Positions 63,705 through 64,000 of a stretch of 64,000 nucleotides of DNA are shown here, piece by piece. The notes under the pieces were generated by a model. That model had not been told where the DNA came from. It worked only from the letters and a program-made list of their open reading frames with translations, and searched no databases. Within the stretch, counting starts at the first letter, position 1. Every line of letters starts with the position of its first letter. The translations under genes and the position numbers were made by a program. Origin of the DNA: Gammaproteobacteria bacterium (GTDB lineage Bacteria; Pseudomonadota; Gammaproteobacteria; Eutrophobiales; Eutrophobiaceae); assembly GCA_965243205.1 (NCBI GenBank), contig CBDEUK010000002.1, forward strand, positions 1,568,001-1,632,000, read 5' to 3'.

Positions 63705-64000
63705 ATGTCGAAAAAACATCCAATAGTTGCTGTTACTGGTTCCTCAGGAGCCGGCACGACCATTGTCAAAACAGCGTTTGAGCAAATATTCGATGCAGAA
63801 AATATTTCAGCTGCCATGATCGAAGGCGATTGTTTTCATCGTTATAACCGTGATGAAATGAATAAGGTTCGTGAACAGCATAACGTTGCTGGTCGTCATA
63901 TCACTCATTTCGGCCCTGAAGGAAATATTTTTGAAGAATTAGAGTGTGTCTTTAAAGAATATTCTGAAAAGGGTTCAGGTAAACGACGCTATTACATTCA
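63705..64000 (+). CDS. prkB: Phosphoribulokinase (proteobacterial PrkB/CbbP type), truncated by window end
   Basis: Manual translation MSKKHPIVAVTGSSGAGTT...IEGDCFHRYNR...HFGPEGN. Not in the ORF track because there is no stop in the window. Confidence 0.9.
   Translation, partial: MSKKHPIVAVTGSSGAGTTIVKTAFEQIFDAENISAAMIEGDCFHRYNRDEMNKVREQHNVAGRHITHFGPEGNIFEELECVFKEYSEKGSGKRRYYI

Noticed and set aside
1-64000. CRISPR arrays, tRNA/rRNA genes, transposases, prophage or defence genes
   Set aside because: I found no spaced direct repeats, cloverleaf or rRNA signatures, or matching protein motifs. Nearly all the sequence is explained by the listed genes.

Overview
This is an AT-rich gammaproteobacterial chromosome segment, mostly housekeeping genes. 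From 1 to 16.4 kb lies an MSHA/T2SS-like type IV filament cluster (secretin, TPR/GspB-like protein, MshEN-GspE ATPase, GspF, PilMN/O/P-like proteins, two large prepilin-like proteins, ExeA/MshM ATPase), bracketed by a PrsK-like kinase and a PrsR-like bEBP response regulator. The methyl-cycle genes follow (metK, SAH riboswitch-ahcY-metF, metR/metE), then tkt-gap-pgk-pyk and a class I fba followed by a MITE-like palindromic element. The middle holds rhomboid-purC, a small hydrolase/autotransporter-barrel/FecR cluster, glnS-ubiI-ubiH-pepP-ygfB, zapB-like/zapA/6S RNA, ilvA/rpiA, dtd, a possible relic integron cassette (Sel1 protein) and hemF. The right end holds hisBH, an HU-like gene, dusB-fis-purHD, sthA, MoxR-DUF58-transglutaminase-cNMP/GGDEF, msbA and a partial phosphoribulokinase. 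I found no tRNA, rRNA, CRISPR array, transposase or prophage. The best leads are the two-component-flanked pilus system (with a repeated acidic-Thr motif tail and a structured regulator leader), the FecR/autotransporter trio, several structured RNA leaders and two unannotated small membrane proteins. All calls come from manual motif recognition, with no database searches.
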